From Sphaerodactylus townsendi (taxonomy: Eukaryota): DNA of 63,404 nucleotides. The DNA is taken from assembly GCF_021028975.2 (NCBI RefSeq), contig NC_059438.1:36332001-36395404 (forward strand), given 5' to 3'. The position numbers were made by a program, and so were the translations under genes. Shown one piece after another: positions 48,354 through 61,830 of the stretch (position 1 is its first letter; each line of letters begins with the position of its first letter). The notes below the pieces were generated by a model that ran no database searches, was not told the DNA's origin, and saw only the letters and a program-made list of their open reading frames with translations.

Positions 48354-48623
48354 CAAGGTTTACAAGAGCCCTGCATTTGCTCTGAGGAGGACGTCCACAA
48401 GTCCAGCAGCTGTATGTGGCAGGTGTCTCTCAGCTCCCACACTGACCAATAGCCAAGACCAGGCTTGTTTCCTGCATATGGTGGGAAGCTGCATGGCAGA
48501 CGCCACACTCTGCTGTGGGCAGCAGGTGCTCTTGAAGCAACGGAAGCAAAGGAATAAATATGCGGATGCTCTGCAGTGGCAGCCCCTGGAATGGGGAGAG
48601 AAATGGCCGGGAGCAGAACTGAC

Positions 48624-48739
48624 CTGAGACGACTCCAGCAATGACTTGGTGAGGAAAATGGGCAGCGATAAAGACCCGAGAGAGGCAGACACAGACTTGG
48701 ATGGCCCAAAAGGCGGCCCACAATACTGCCTGCAGGAAG
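48624..48739 (-). CDS. G6PC1: G6PC1-like paralog B, exon 4 (116 bp); exons 1-3 absent before the gap
   Basis: [38 protein letters not shown]; ttgcag| acceptor and |gtcagt donor. Confidence 0.92.
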
Positions 48740-49148
48740 CTGCAAGGGAGAGAAAAATGGCACAGTGAGGACAGCCATGTGACCCGCGGGCACACCTTTC
48801 TACCTGGCCTCTCCTGAGCTTGCTATGCCTTGCGTCACAGAAAGGTTGAACATCAAGGTTGACTCCCTGCACCATTTTTTGTATTGGAAGGAAGTGCTAG
48901 TGGCCATCTTAGGGGACTAGGAAAAAATATGACAAAATTGGAAAGTTTGGGTTTTGAAAAACCGACAGGTGGGAAAGAATCCCTAGGTGACCCCCAGCAG
49001 CAGAATCCAGTTAAAACTACTATGCTAGCCCAAGGGATTTCAGAGACACAGTGGGTCTGGACTAAAAAATAAAAAACAATTAGTGGGGGAGAATCCTGAC
49101 GGGATTCTAAGCAGAATGCTGTTAAAATTGCCGTGACAGCCCAAGGGA

Positions 49149-49448
49149 TGAAGAAGAAGAGTTTGGATTTATATCCCCCCTTTCTCTCCTGTAGGAGACT
49201 CAAAGGGGCTGACAATCTCCTTGCCCTTCCCCCCTCACAACAAACACCCTGTGAGGTAGGTGGGGCTGAGAGAGCTCCGGAAAGCTGTGACTAGCTCAAG
49301 GTCACCCAGCTGGCATGTGTTCAAGTGCACAAGCGAATCTGGTTCACCAGATAAGCCTCCACAGCTCAAGCGGCAGAGCAGGGAATCAAACCCGGTTCTT
49401 CCAGATTAGAATGCACCTGCTCTTAACCTACTATGTCACTGCTGCTCC
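49149..49448 (-). mobile_element. tRNA-derived SINE copy
   Basis: Same family. Confidence 0.8.
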
Positions 49449-49547
49449 AGAGATGCAGTTGGTTTTATCTGCGGCAGCCATTTTAATATCGGGACTTTTT
49501 TCTACTGTGGAAATAAACTACTTTGACTTCTGCCGAACAACATAGAC

Positions 49548-49825
49548 CGTTGGTTGTTGTGGGTTTTCCGGGTCGTGTGGCCGTGGTCCGGTAGATCTTG
49601 TTCCTAACATTTCACCTGCATCTGTGGCTGGCATCTTCAGAGGTGTATCTGTTATACACTATGTCCAGACACAGTGTGTAATAGACTTTTCTCTGTGATA
49701 CATCTCTGAAGATGCCAGACACAGATGCAGGCAAAATGTTAGAAACAAGATCTACCAGACCACGGCCACACAGCCTGGAAAACCCATAACAACCAATTGA
49801 ATCTGGCCGTGAAAGCCTTCAACAA
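49548..49825. mobile_element. Penelope-like inverted fragment
   Basis: Inverted pair around ctctgaagatgccag.cacagatgcaggc.aaa.gttag; a similar fragment lies at 61543-61753. Confidence 0.65.
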
Positions 49826-49967
49826 AACATAGACCGCATTTTATCTTGGGGTGGGACAAAGTATAATGAGGTGCAAAGTGACTTCCCCTGCCAGCCTCTG
49901 TCAAGAATGCAGCGATGTTGCAGAACTCGGCTTCTGTGTGATTTGGGCATTAGAGGAGCCCCCAGGG

Positions 49968-50611
49968 CAGGGGTGTAACGAGGCAAACTGTAGCCCTGGC
50001 GAAAACCTGAGTTGGATGCCCCCCCCCCCCCATGGTGCCATCATGACAGTCTCCAGATGATACCCTGAAATTTTGGTGCTGATACGTCCAAAAATGCACC
50101 CCCTGCAGGAACATCCCAGAAATTTGCCCAATAATCTTTGTTCTGCATTGAGTTTTCTGCATTGCTGTCAATGGGGGTTGCAGGCTGGGGGGGTGGGGGG
50201 CACATTTCTGAAGGCACAGTCTCAAAGCTTTCATGGTCTCATCAGGAGACTGCCCTAATGATATCCCCCAGGTTTGGTGCAGTTTGGTTCAGGGGGGGCC
50301 AAAGTTATGGACCCTCAAAACTGTAGCCCCCATCTCCTATTAGCTCCCATTGGAAACAATGGGGGATGGGGGCACCCCCTTTGGGAGTTCATAACTTTGG
50401 ACTTCCTGAACCAAACCTCACCAAACTTGAGGGGTAGCATAAGGACAGTCTCCTGATTGCGCTGAAATTTTGGTGCTGCTAGCCTAAAAATTGCGCCCCC
50501 TGCAGACCAAAAATGGAAAACTACTAAAAATACCCAAAACCGAACCCTGCATTTTGATGCCCCCCACAAGGTGGTGCCCTGGGCAGATGCCCACCTTGCC
50601 CAATGGGCATT
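49968..50611. mobile_element. Family-2-related DNA element running into gap
   Basis: Begins CAGGGGTGTAACGAGGCAAACTG; shares internal blocks with 37044, 38400 and 62975. Confidence 0.7.
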
Positions 50612-50701
50612 NNNNNNNNNNNNNNNNNNNNNNNNNNNNNNNNNNNNNNNNNNNNNNNNNNNNNNNNNNNNNNNNNNNNNNNNNNNNNNNNNNNNNNNNN
50701 N
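50612..50701. other. Assembly gap (90 N)
   Basis: N run. Confidence 1.
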
Positions 50702-50953
50702 TGTAGTCCACGAACATCTGGAGAGCCGCAGGTTGCAGACCCCTGCCCTAGAAGAAGCTGCAGGACTGCAGCCAGCACCTCTCCTCCTGCAGGAGAGACA
50801 AGAAGCAACATCAGAAACTTCCCTTCCCCACCTGTCCTGTTTAAAGGGTCCCCGTGGCCTGGAAGTGCCAGGGTCTTGGAGTTCTCCTTGTTCCTCCCCA
50901 GTCGATGATTGGGGAGGAACATTACAGTTAATTCCTTTTGATACCCTTTAGAG

Positions 50954-51100
50954 CACAGGTGTCAAACTTGCGGCCCTCCAGATGTTCATGAACTACAATT
51001 CCCATCGGCCCTTGCCAGTATAGCCAATGGTCATGCTGGGAGGGACTGATGGGATTTGTAGTTCATGAACATCTGGAGGGCTGCAACTTTGACACCCCTG
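50954..51100. mobile_element. Short palindromic hAT MITE
   Basis: Hairpin structure with 8-bp TSD CTTTAGAG. Related copies at about 23016-23095, 30868-30921, 40995-41113, 50702-50745 and 54810-54955. Confidence 0.8.
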
Positions 51101-51260
51101 CTTTAGAGAGATCTGCAGTTTTTCACTTGCAGCTGTGCATAGGGATCTCCACTATACGTACAGTCAGCACTGATTGAAATGGAGCATACTTGGGAGGTCC
51201 CAAGTTGAAAATGTTGGAGCCATGTAAGAGTGGCATCCTCCAAGTGCCAGTGGAGGCTGA

Positions 51261-52217
<957 letters not shown>

Positions 52218-53041
52218 GCGGTTGAAGGCCCACCTCGTCCCCTGCACGAGCAGCACTCCTGGCTCCATCCAGGAAGGCAACCTCTGTGTACTCACACGTG
52301 TCAGCAGGGGCAGCCTCCATTGCATTCACTAAGTGGCCCCCATGGTGTGTCCTATAATAGGGTGTTGAGGGAACTGCCCCAGTGCCACGTGGGAGAGGAG
52401 GCCTGTGGGCAGAATCCTGGGCCACTGGTTGCCCTTGGTGGTTTTAGTGAGGCTTAGCAGCAATTTCCTGCTGATGCGTGTTTTATAAGAAGCCCTGAGG
52501 AAGCCGTTTTGCCCTTGATCCCATGGAACCAGCTTCAACAATATGTCTTCACGAGGGAGGGAAGGCATCTTCCTTCTGCAGCACTGGTAGCAGGCCTGTG
52601 TCCAAGCGTCACTCCCTAGAGGGAGTCCTGTGCCAGCAGCCTTGAACTGGTAGCCTGTCACGGAGCAGAGAGGAAAGGAGCTTTGCCCGACAAAATTGTG
52701 GCTTTTAAGGCGTCTGCTCGAGCCTCATGCTCACGGGTGACAAAGAATTAGTCAGCAGGATGGGATGAGGGGGCTTCGTGGCTGAATCAGGCTCAGCATC
52801 ACAGTGTGGTAGAGCGGGAAGGTGTCAGATCACGTGAGAAAAATAGGTAAAGAGAAAGGAGGGGGCCTTAGCTGCAGGTGAGCTGCAGAATCTAGCGAGA
52901 GACCAGCATGTAGACCTGTGGCAGTGGAGGGGTGGAGGGGTCCAGATTTATCCCCCATTCCAGAAAAGAAGCAGTTTGAATAGCATTTGTCAAAACCTCA
53001 ACCTCCCAAACTGGCCGGGTGCCTTTGATGTGCTGTTAGGG

Positions 53042-53178
53042 CAGTGGTGGCAAACCGTTGGCACTCCAGATGTTGTGGACTACAATTCCCGTCAGCCCCT
53101 GCCAGCATGGCCAATTGGCAGGAGCTGATGGGAATTGTAGTCCACAACATCTGGAGTGCCAAAGGTTCGCCACCACGG
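53042..53178. mobile_element. Short palindromic hAT MITE in RUNDC1 3'UTR
   Basis: TIR CAGTGGTGGC / GCCACCACGG; TSD TGTTAGGG/TATTAGGG. Confidence 0.8.
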
Positions 53179-53863
53179 TATTAGGGGATACGAAGTACAT
53201 GACCAAGATATTGTCTGTGTTCATCCTTATGTCATCTGCTGAGGAAGTAGTTAAGCTGGGTGGGGCTGCCTTTTGAGCTATTTTTTTATCCTCTGTGGAC
53301 CAGACAGGGCAGTTGTATAAAACAATAAAAACAAACTCCCCAACCGTTGCGTGTTTCCTCAGTAAGGATGTGATAGACTGAAGGATACATTGAAGGTTCC
53401 GGGACCAAGAATCGTTCTCCTCTTTGAATTTAGGATAGTGCCCTGCCAGAGCCATGCAAAGAGTCTTCTGCTATCCAGATTTGTAGTCCTAGGTATGCTA
53501 CCTCTAGAACTCTACACTGTTTAGGCTTTTCTGAGGCTCGGTGGACAGTGAGATCAAAATGTGCCATCTCCAGATCTTAATTTGGCAGCCCAGCTTGGAC
53601 AGTGTGCAAAGATGCTTCTGTGCCAAGCCATGCTCTTGCGTGCCGAATGGAGTGTGTATCTCTGCTGTCTTGTGAAGTTTCTGTGACTTGCCCTTCTCAG
53701 AGCCCTCTGTTTAATGGATAAGCTCTCCTGCTGTTATGTTACATTCAGGAAACTGTCTTGCTTCCTAAAAGATCTTCACTTTTGGTAGCATTTTGATAGT
53801 TCTAATGCCAGACCAGTTCAAAAGGAAAAAATATGTCCATCGACAGTTGTGTATCTTGCTGGT

Positions 53864-53869
53864 AATAAA
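53864..53869 (+). terminator. Probable RUNDC1 polyadenylation signal
   Basis: AATAAA followed by a GT/T-rich tract. Confidence 0.5.
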
Positions 53870-55019
53870 TTATTTCTGGTACTTCTGTGTTGGATAAGTT
53901 TTGTGTATTTTGTGTATTTCTGCGTGTATCTCTTTCCAGATTTTTTTCATTTTTTTACATGACTACTACATGTGATAAAAGGAACCCTTGGTTTCCTTAC
54001 ATTTCCAGCATTTTCCATCATAATCCTTATTCATCTCTATGGCCCCTTCCGCACATGCAGAATAATGCACTTTCAATCCACTTTCACAGCTATTCTGCAC
54101 AGTAAAATCCAGCTGCAAAGTGGATTGAAAATTAATTGAAAGTATATTATCCCTCATGTGTGGAAGGGGCCTATGTCTTTTGGAGTGATATACTAATGGT
54201 AGAATATCTTATACCAGTTTTCTCTTAAAGCTTGAAGAAGTATGAAGAAGATTCACACCCAGAACAAAAGATTGCAGGAAGAAAGTTCATTTATTTGTTT
54301 TCTTTAAGATCAGTGGATTTCCCCCCCTGCCTTGCTCTCACACGGGGAAAGCCTTTTTGGAGTAAGAAAGCAGGTGACACCCGTGCCCACAGATGGTGGG
54401 TCAAGGTCCTGTGTCATGCCTAGGCAATTGTTTCCTTTGGATCTTGAAGGGGGTCTCTGGTGCTCTGCAGGCAACATGTCTCCTGCCTTCTTGCAAGAGC
54501 ACTTCCATGCATGATATGAACAGACGAGTCTTGACCTGCTTTACTGGATTCTTCATATTGTCCGGATATCTGGAGGCCCCCAGCTTCTTGCTGGGAGCTT
54601 CATGGCTGCAATGGGACCTGAATGAGCAGCCTAGTGGTTTATTTCCTTGGGGGAAATAAAAACGGAAAGGTGCTGGAAGCAGCTTAGTGGTTGCTGCTAA
54701 TGCTCGCTGCTAACGTTCGCATCTGCTCTGCAGATTTTAAGCAGCGCAAAATAAGCAACGTCGAGGCGCGCGTGCTTCGTCTTAACAAGGGTCCTATGAG
54801 TGAGAAACGCAGGGTCTGCAACCTGTGGCTCTCCAGAGACTCATGGACTACAATTCCCATCAGCCCCTGCCAGCATGGCCAATTGGCCATGATGCAAGGG
54901 CTGATGGGAATTTGTAGTCCATGAGCATCTGGGGAGCCACAGGTTGCAGACCCCCAAGGGGAAAGCGTCCAGGGGGCGTGGTGTGGGGGGACGTGGTCTT
55001 TCCAAGCCAATACGTATTC

Positions 55020-55238
55020 CGCTTAGTTTTCGGCCGGAAGAACCGACCAGTAGTCTTCCTCGTTCCTCCGCGACGCATCGGCGCATGCGTATATCCCTCA
55101 TCGTGGGCCGCGGAACCACTTCCCTCAGTACGCATGCGCTTAGGCGTTTGCCGGCCCGCCTGAAACCTCGGCGGAAGGAGTTCCTTCTTTCTCTTCCGGG
55201 GTGGGCGCCATCGCGCTTGGGAAACCGGTACGGTTCAG
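55020..55238 (+). promoter_or_regulatory. RPL27: RPL27 CpG-island promoter and non-coding exon 1 with 5'TOP tract
   Basis: ETS/GABP-like CGGAAG sites, NRF1-like GCGCATGCG, polypyrimidine TTCCTTCTTTCTCTTCC at 55181-55197, YY1-like CGCCATC, and donor CAG|GTGAGG at 55238. Confidence 0.75.
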
Positions 55239-55504
55239 GTGAGGGCTGTGGCGCCATCCGTCGCCATCCGCGCCAGCTGAGGGTTTGGCCGGGCCGGTGG
55301 GAGGGCAGCGGGGCTGCGCTGGGGCCATCTGCGGGGGAGAGCGGGAGGCCGGCGTCTGGGGGGGCCCGAGGGGGCCGCGCTCCTCCGCTCTGCTCCATCC
55401 CGGGGGTGCGGAGGGGCCTTTGGGGAGGCCCCACTCAACTAGACCCTCGTTGGGACTGACCAGGCTGCCTGCGTGTCGGGGGGGGGGGCTTGGAGGCCAG
55501 GTGA

Positions 55505-55693
<189 letters not shown>

Positions 55694-56966
55694 TGACGCC
55701 TTTGCCCGGGACTTGCCGTTGGCCACGAAGACTCGCATCTCACCGCTTCCCTACCGAGTGGAAGACGTTTTCTATGTGGCAGTTGGTGCATCTCTTCCTG
55801 GTTGGGTTTGAATACCGCAGGTGCAGCAGAACAATGTAAACGGTTTGATATTTTCAACCAGGTAAAGGTTTACTATTTAGAAAAGCATTTTTTTTAGATT
55901 AGTTATATCCAGAAATACTGATTTGGTTATACTATTAGAAATATGTAGACAGATATGAAACTACTGCAAGGTGAACTATCTCCAATTTTATTTTGGACCA
56001 CCAGGCGTTCCATTTTGTTTTCTGTAATGTTTGCATTTTATATACCTGCCTGCCTTAAAGGAACTTTGATAAAATATTCCCCACCTGGGTCTCCTGTACA
56101 GCTTCCTGTCATTATAGGTTTTATAATATTTTTACTGTAAAGAAGAAGCAGGTTATCTCTGCAGACATGAATTCGGGGTTTAGAGAACTGGAAAACCACA
56201 ATCTGTGGCATCTTCTGGATGGAAAAATTGCTCAAAATTATCTTACATTAATCTCTGGAAGAGGGTGACATTGTTAATGGATTAATGGAATTCATTTACC
56301 AAAAAAATTAAACATTGCGTGAATAGACAGCCTCATGCTATGTAATTAAAATGAACCTTTATTTCTTTGGACTGTACTGTATCTTCAATATGGAACTATT
56401 TAAACTATCTTTAGATAGATTTATCTTCAAAAAGCATTTTATTTTTAAAAATCCAAATTTTATTTTAAAGAAATCAATTGATTTTTATCTGTTCGTCCCC
56501 CGTCTCCACCCCCGCCCCCCTGCCTTGGCTCCTGATATCTGTGGGAGTGACTCTCTCCCTTTATGATCCACCAGGACAGCTTCGCTCACCTGAGCAGGGC
56601 CTTTTCCAGGTGCCACTCTGCAAATGAGCGAGATCAACAATTGCTTGCAAAAGTACTCTCTCTGTTGTGATCCCTGCCTTATGGAATGGCCTACCTGGGG
56701 AGGTTAGGAAGGCTCCCACCCTTGCTTTCTGAAATCTAAGGGCTGTGGACTGTAGCTCTATGTTTGTTTGTTGCTATTAGGTGTGATCCTGCTGTGTAAA
56801 TTTGGCATTCCTTAATGTGTCATGTTGAAATGCTTGTTTTCTTTCAGTTCTCAGATTTCTGCAAACCAAAACCTGTTGCACTGTTTATTGTCTTAGGTTG
56901 TATTTGTCTTATGTTGAATAATTCAATTTCAGCCTCAGTGAGAAAGGAGGATTACGAGTGACATAA

Positions 56967-57161
<195 letters not shown>

Positions 57162-57282
57162 TGAGTGAGAACCTGTGAGGGGGAGGAAGGAAAGCAGGTG
57201 GTTCCTGTTTCTCGGATGGAGAAAAGCATCTTCACTGGGTCCTTGTTTGCGTCATAGCTGCTGCCTTGTGGGGTCAGGGGAG

Positions 57283-58125
57283 AGAACATAAGAACATTAG
57301 AACAAGCCAGCTGGATCAGACCAAAGTCCATCTAGTCCAGCTCTCTGCTACTTGCAGTGGCCCACCAGGTGCCTTTGGGAGCCCACGTGCAGGAGGTGAA
57401 CGCAATGGCCTTCTGCGGCTGTTGCTCCTGATCACCTGGTCTGTTAAGGCATTTGCAATCTCAGATCAAGGAGGATCAAGATTGGTAGCCATAGATCGAC
57501 TTCTCCTCCATAAATCTGTCCAAGCCCCTTTTAAAGCTATCCAGGTGAGTGGCCATCACCACCTCCTGTGGCAGCATATTCCAAACACCAATCACACGTT
57601 GTGTGAAGAAGTGTTTCCTTTTATTAGTTCTAATTCTTCCCCCAGCATTTTCAATGTATGCCCCCTGGTTCTAGTATTGTGAGAAAGAGAGAAAAATTTC
57701 TCTCTGTCAACATTTTCTACCCCATGCATAATTTTGTAGACTTCAATCATATCCCCCCTCAGCTGCCTCCTCTCCAAACTAAAGAGTCCCAAACGCTGCA
57801 GCCTGTTCTCATAAGGAAGGTGCTCCAGTCCCTCAATCATCCTTGTTGCCCTTCTCTGCACTTTTTCTATCTCCTCGATATCCTTTTTGAGATGTGGCGA
57901 CCAGAACTGGACACAGTTCTCCAAGTGCGGTCGCACCACTGCTTTATATAAAGGCATGACAATCTTTGCAGTTTTATTATCAGTTCCTTTTCTAATGATC
58001 CCCAGCATAGAGTTTGCCTTTTTCACAGCTGCCATGCATTGAGTTGACATTCCCATGGAACTATCAACTAAGACGCCTAAATCCCTTTCCTGGTCTGTGA
58101 CTGATAGCACTGACCCCTGTAGCAC
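57283..58125 (-). mobile_element. CR1 LINE 3' fragment in RPL27 intron
   Basis: Highly similar to the 46210-47010 copy, with a small frameshift. Confidence 0.9.
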
Positions 58126-59025
58126 TGACCACCTCTCTGGTTCCAGAGACTGAACTAAAGCCCCACCTCTCAGGAGCCCAGGACAAAGAGGAACAAGAGA
58201 TGAACTCTGTTAACCCCTGTTAAGCCCCACCTTCCAGATTCAGCAGCCTTAGCTCACAGGAGCCTTACAGGAGAGCTCAAGTTAGTGTTAGGTTGGCTAA
58301 CTTTGATAATTAATCAGACTCTGGTATTGGTACTAGAAGTCTTTATTAAGAATCAGCAAAGCAGGCACCTAACTGGCTAAAGCCAGTTCTGAGAAATGCG
58401 GGAAAATTATCAAAGATATAATAGTGCTCTTCCCCCCGCCTGCCCGTACTGTCTTGTGAGATTCCCAGCAACTTTGGCATAGCTTTTACTACAGAGTGCA
58501 GCTGCGTTATCTTGTTGCTGAGTGACAGAGAGCAGGGATGTCTTTTCAGTTGCAGATGAAAAAGAACAGTTGGATTTATACCCTGCCTTTCTCTCCTGTA
58601 AGGAGACTCAAGGTGGTTGCAAGCTTCTTTCCCTTCCTCTTCCCACAACAGACACGTTGTGAGGTAGGTGGGGGTGAGAGAGTTCCAAAGAACTGTGACT
58701 AGGTCAAGGTCTTTCTAGATGTTGTAGGGCCTGTTCAATGGAGTTGTTCCAGGCATTTTGACGAGGATGGTTGAGGTCAGTTTTTAACCACCTGTTAGCA
58801 GTGTTGCCTGTTTCTGGTGGCACTCTGGGATTCTGGTTGTCAGGTGCCAAATGATACCAAAAGTTTTATTCTGCTGCCTGTGCTAACATGCTGTTTTACG
58901 GACCGTGCGTTAACATTTTGTTACTGTGTATTATCTCTTTTAATTTACTCAGCTGCCCTGACCAAGGGAAGGGGTGAGGTATAAGTCTAAAATAAGTAAA
59001 GTAAAAATCCAGGAGCGCAACCTGA

Positions 59026-59163
<138 letters not shown>

Positions 59164-59546
59164 TAAGTCTCAAGGGAGATATGTCTACTTCTACTACTTC
59201 CTGTTCTGAGTTGTGTCCACTCCGGGGTTTTTTTTATTTCTCTTTGTGAGATAGTGATTGCCCCCCCCCCCCCCGCCCACCCCACCCCCCCATTAACTTT
59301 TCTATTGAGAGCTTTAGAACTTGATCTATTGAACCTGGTTAAGGGCTTGCAGCCACGCTGGCGCCTGCATGCGCTTTTGAAGAGAGGGCAAACTTGCTGC
59401 CAGCAGGAAAGGAGGCAGTCGCTCGATTGGGATTCTCCATGGCAGGTGCCCCGCTTCAATTGGACACAAACACCTCCTGTTTCGGAGGGGTGGGGTGAGG
59501 GGAACTGGCTCTCTGGTTGGGAAAGAACAGTTAAGTTTTTATACTT

Positions 59547-59835
59547 AGCAGCAGTGGTTAAGAGCAGGTATACTCTAATCTGGAGGAACCGAGTTTGATT
59601 CCCAGCTCTTCCGCTTGAGCTGTGGGGGCTTATCTGGGGAATTCAGATTAGCCTGTGCACTCCAACACACGCCTGCTGGGTAACCTTGGGCTAGTCACAG
59701 TTCTTCAGAGCTTTCTCAGCCGCACCCACCTCACAGGGTGTTTGTTGGGGGGGTAAGGGCAAGGAGATTGTAAGCCCCTTTGAGTCTCCTGCAGGAGAGA
59801 AAGAGGGGATATAAATCCAACTCTTCTTCTTCTTT
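59547..59835 (+). mobile_element. tRNA-derived SINE copy in RPL27 intron
   Basis: Same family. Confidence 0.8.
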
Positions 59836-60509
59836 TCTCTGTCTTTAAGAAGTCTCAGAGCAGCTTACAGTCACCTTCCCTGCAGCAGGCACTTTGTGAG
59901 TTGGGTGGGGCTGAGAGAGTTCTGAGAGGACTGTGACTAGGTCATCTGGCAGGCTTCTCATGGAGGAGCAGGGAAAACAAACCAAATCCACCAGGTTAGA
60001 ATCCGCCACTCGTTTGAAGGAGTGGAGAATTAAACTTGGTTCACCAGATTAGAATCCACCACTCGTGAGGAGCCGTGGGGAAGACAACCCTAATTCTCCA
60101 GGTGTCAGTCCACTGCTCTTAACCCCTACACCTTGCCGGTTTTGTTTCAGGCTTTTTAAGAAAGGGGAGGAGTTCTCTCCCTGCTCCATCATAGAGAGAG
60201 ATTGTCAAGGCCAAAGACATAAGAAAGTGTGCTGTGGTTGAACTGCAGCCAGCCAGCCGTGATAATATGCCCTAGATGTGCTCAGAGCTCAACTTGTCAG
60301 TCTTCTGGTCGGGGTTATCCTGAAGTTCCCTGTTTGTTCCAGCCCCCAGGGAATAAGATGCCAGCACTGACAAAACACATTCCACACTGAGGTCACTGTA
60401 TTAGATGGTTACTCTTCTTGTACTGGGGCATGCATTGGATATTAGGCTGGTGTTCACATATGTGTGTGGTGATGTGGTACTGTAACAGATTCTGTTCTCT
60501 TTCTTACAG

Positions 60510-60558
60510 ATACAAGACAGGCAAGAACAAGTGGTTTTTCCAGAAACTCAGGTTCTAA
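60510..60558 (+). CDS. RPL27: RPL27 last coding exon
   Basis: YKTGKNKWFFQKLRF*. The coding exons sum to 411 nt (136 aa plus stop). Confidence 0.96.
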
Positions 60559-60576
60559 ATTGCATGGAGATGTATC

Positions 60577-60582
60577 AATAAA
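60577..60582 (+). terminator. RPL27 polyadenylation signal
   Basis: AATAAA just downstream of the stop codon. Confidence 0.8.
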
Positions 60583-60689
60583 TGATTTTGGAAAACCTCT
60601 TTTTACCTGGGTTGCGCATTTTTCTTTCTCTTCTGGATCACTGAAGTGTGTGAGTAGGATATAGAAAATGATCAGGAAGTGTTCTGTAG

Positions 60690-61830
60690 TGGAAAACCTT
60701 GCCCTGCATAACGCTGTCCAGGAGAGGGATTTTTAGGAGCTCTGGTGAAAGAGTACAGATCCTTCGTTGGGGGAGTGATCTGGATCTTTGGCTTGTGACA
60801 GAGCTGAAACAGGAGGATCCCTTGAAGATGGTAATTCCAGTAGGGAGGCAGGATAATTTTCCTTTATCTACCTGTTCCTGTTGGGAGTTATCCCCCTTCA
60901 ACTCTTTTCCTGCCTCACACAGGGAGAGCAGGGTCAGAGCTAGGCTCTACCTCTTTAAACTATTTCTCTGATCCCTTAAATCCTTTCCTAAAAGGAGTAG
61001 CTCACACAGTTAACTCCTCCAGTGGTTCACGGATTCCCTTTGTGGAACCTTCACACTGTGCTGCCAGCCTTAACCAAGGCTCCCTTTGAACTGATTAGAC
61101 AGGTCCCCGTGAGATGGTTACAAAGGAAGTCCTTGTTTCTAGTTGCCAAAACCTTAGCTCACAAAGTGTTAGAGTTGGGGGCACCGTCCATCCAACCTGA
61201 GCGTTGCATCCTCCGCAGGGACACAGCTGTACTACGCATGAACCCTGAGTTCAGACCGAAAGCGGCCAGCCCGTTCCATCTCTCTCAAGAAGTTTCTAGG
61301 CCATTATTCTGTTCTTGTCCGGTCCACCTGAAGGAGAAACTCTGGCACAAGCTAGATGTTAAGAGGGCGATCAAGGTGTACATTCATCAAACAGAAGACA
61401 TCCAGAAATTTCAGGCCTTCTTTATTTCTCTCAGTTCTCCAAACAAGGGAGGAGCGGTGTCTTGCGGAGGAGATTTGCAGGGCTGCTACATGGTCCACTA
61501 TTTCCACATTCATTAAACCTAAGCTGAATCCTTACTGTATTGTCGAAGGCCTTCACGGCCGGATTCAACTGGTTCTGGTGGGTCTTCTGGGCTGTGTGGC
61601 CGTGGTCTGGTGGATCTTGTTCCTAACGTTTCACCTGCATCTGTGTTAGGATCTTGTTCCTAATGTTGCACCTGTGGCTGTGGCCACAGATGCAGGAGAA
61701 ATGTTAGGAACAAGATCCACCAGACCACGGCCCAGAAGACCCACCAGAACCAGTGGAATGCTTACTGTTCTGACACAGCCTTCTGCCAAAAGGTGCTGTT
61801 ACTCATTCTGGAACTCCAGCCTATGACCCA
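60690..61830 (+). mobile_element. DIRS retrotransposon tyrosine-recombinase remnant, interrupted by a Penelope fragment
   Basis: PLWNLHTVLPALTKAPFE...FRPKAASPFHLSQE...LDVKRAIKVYI and ICRAATWSTISTFIK are DIRS1 recombinase motifs; frameshifted. Confidence 0.75.

Noticed and set aside
31489-48739. One G6PC gene with scrambled exons or a haplotype duplicate
   Set aside because: The two exon-4 copies and their introns are too different, and the interval from exon 1 of A to exon 5 of B has no gap.
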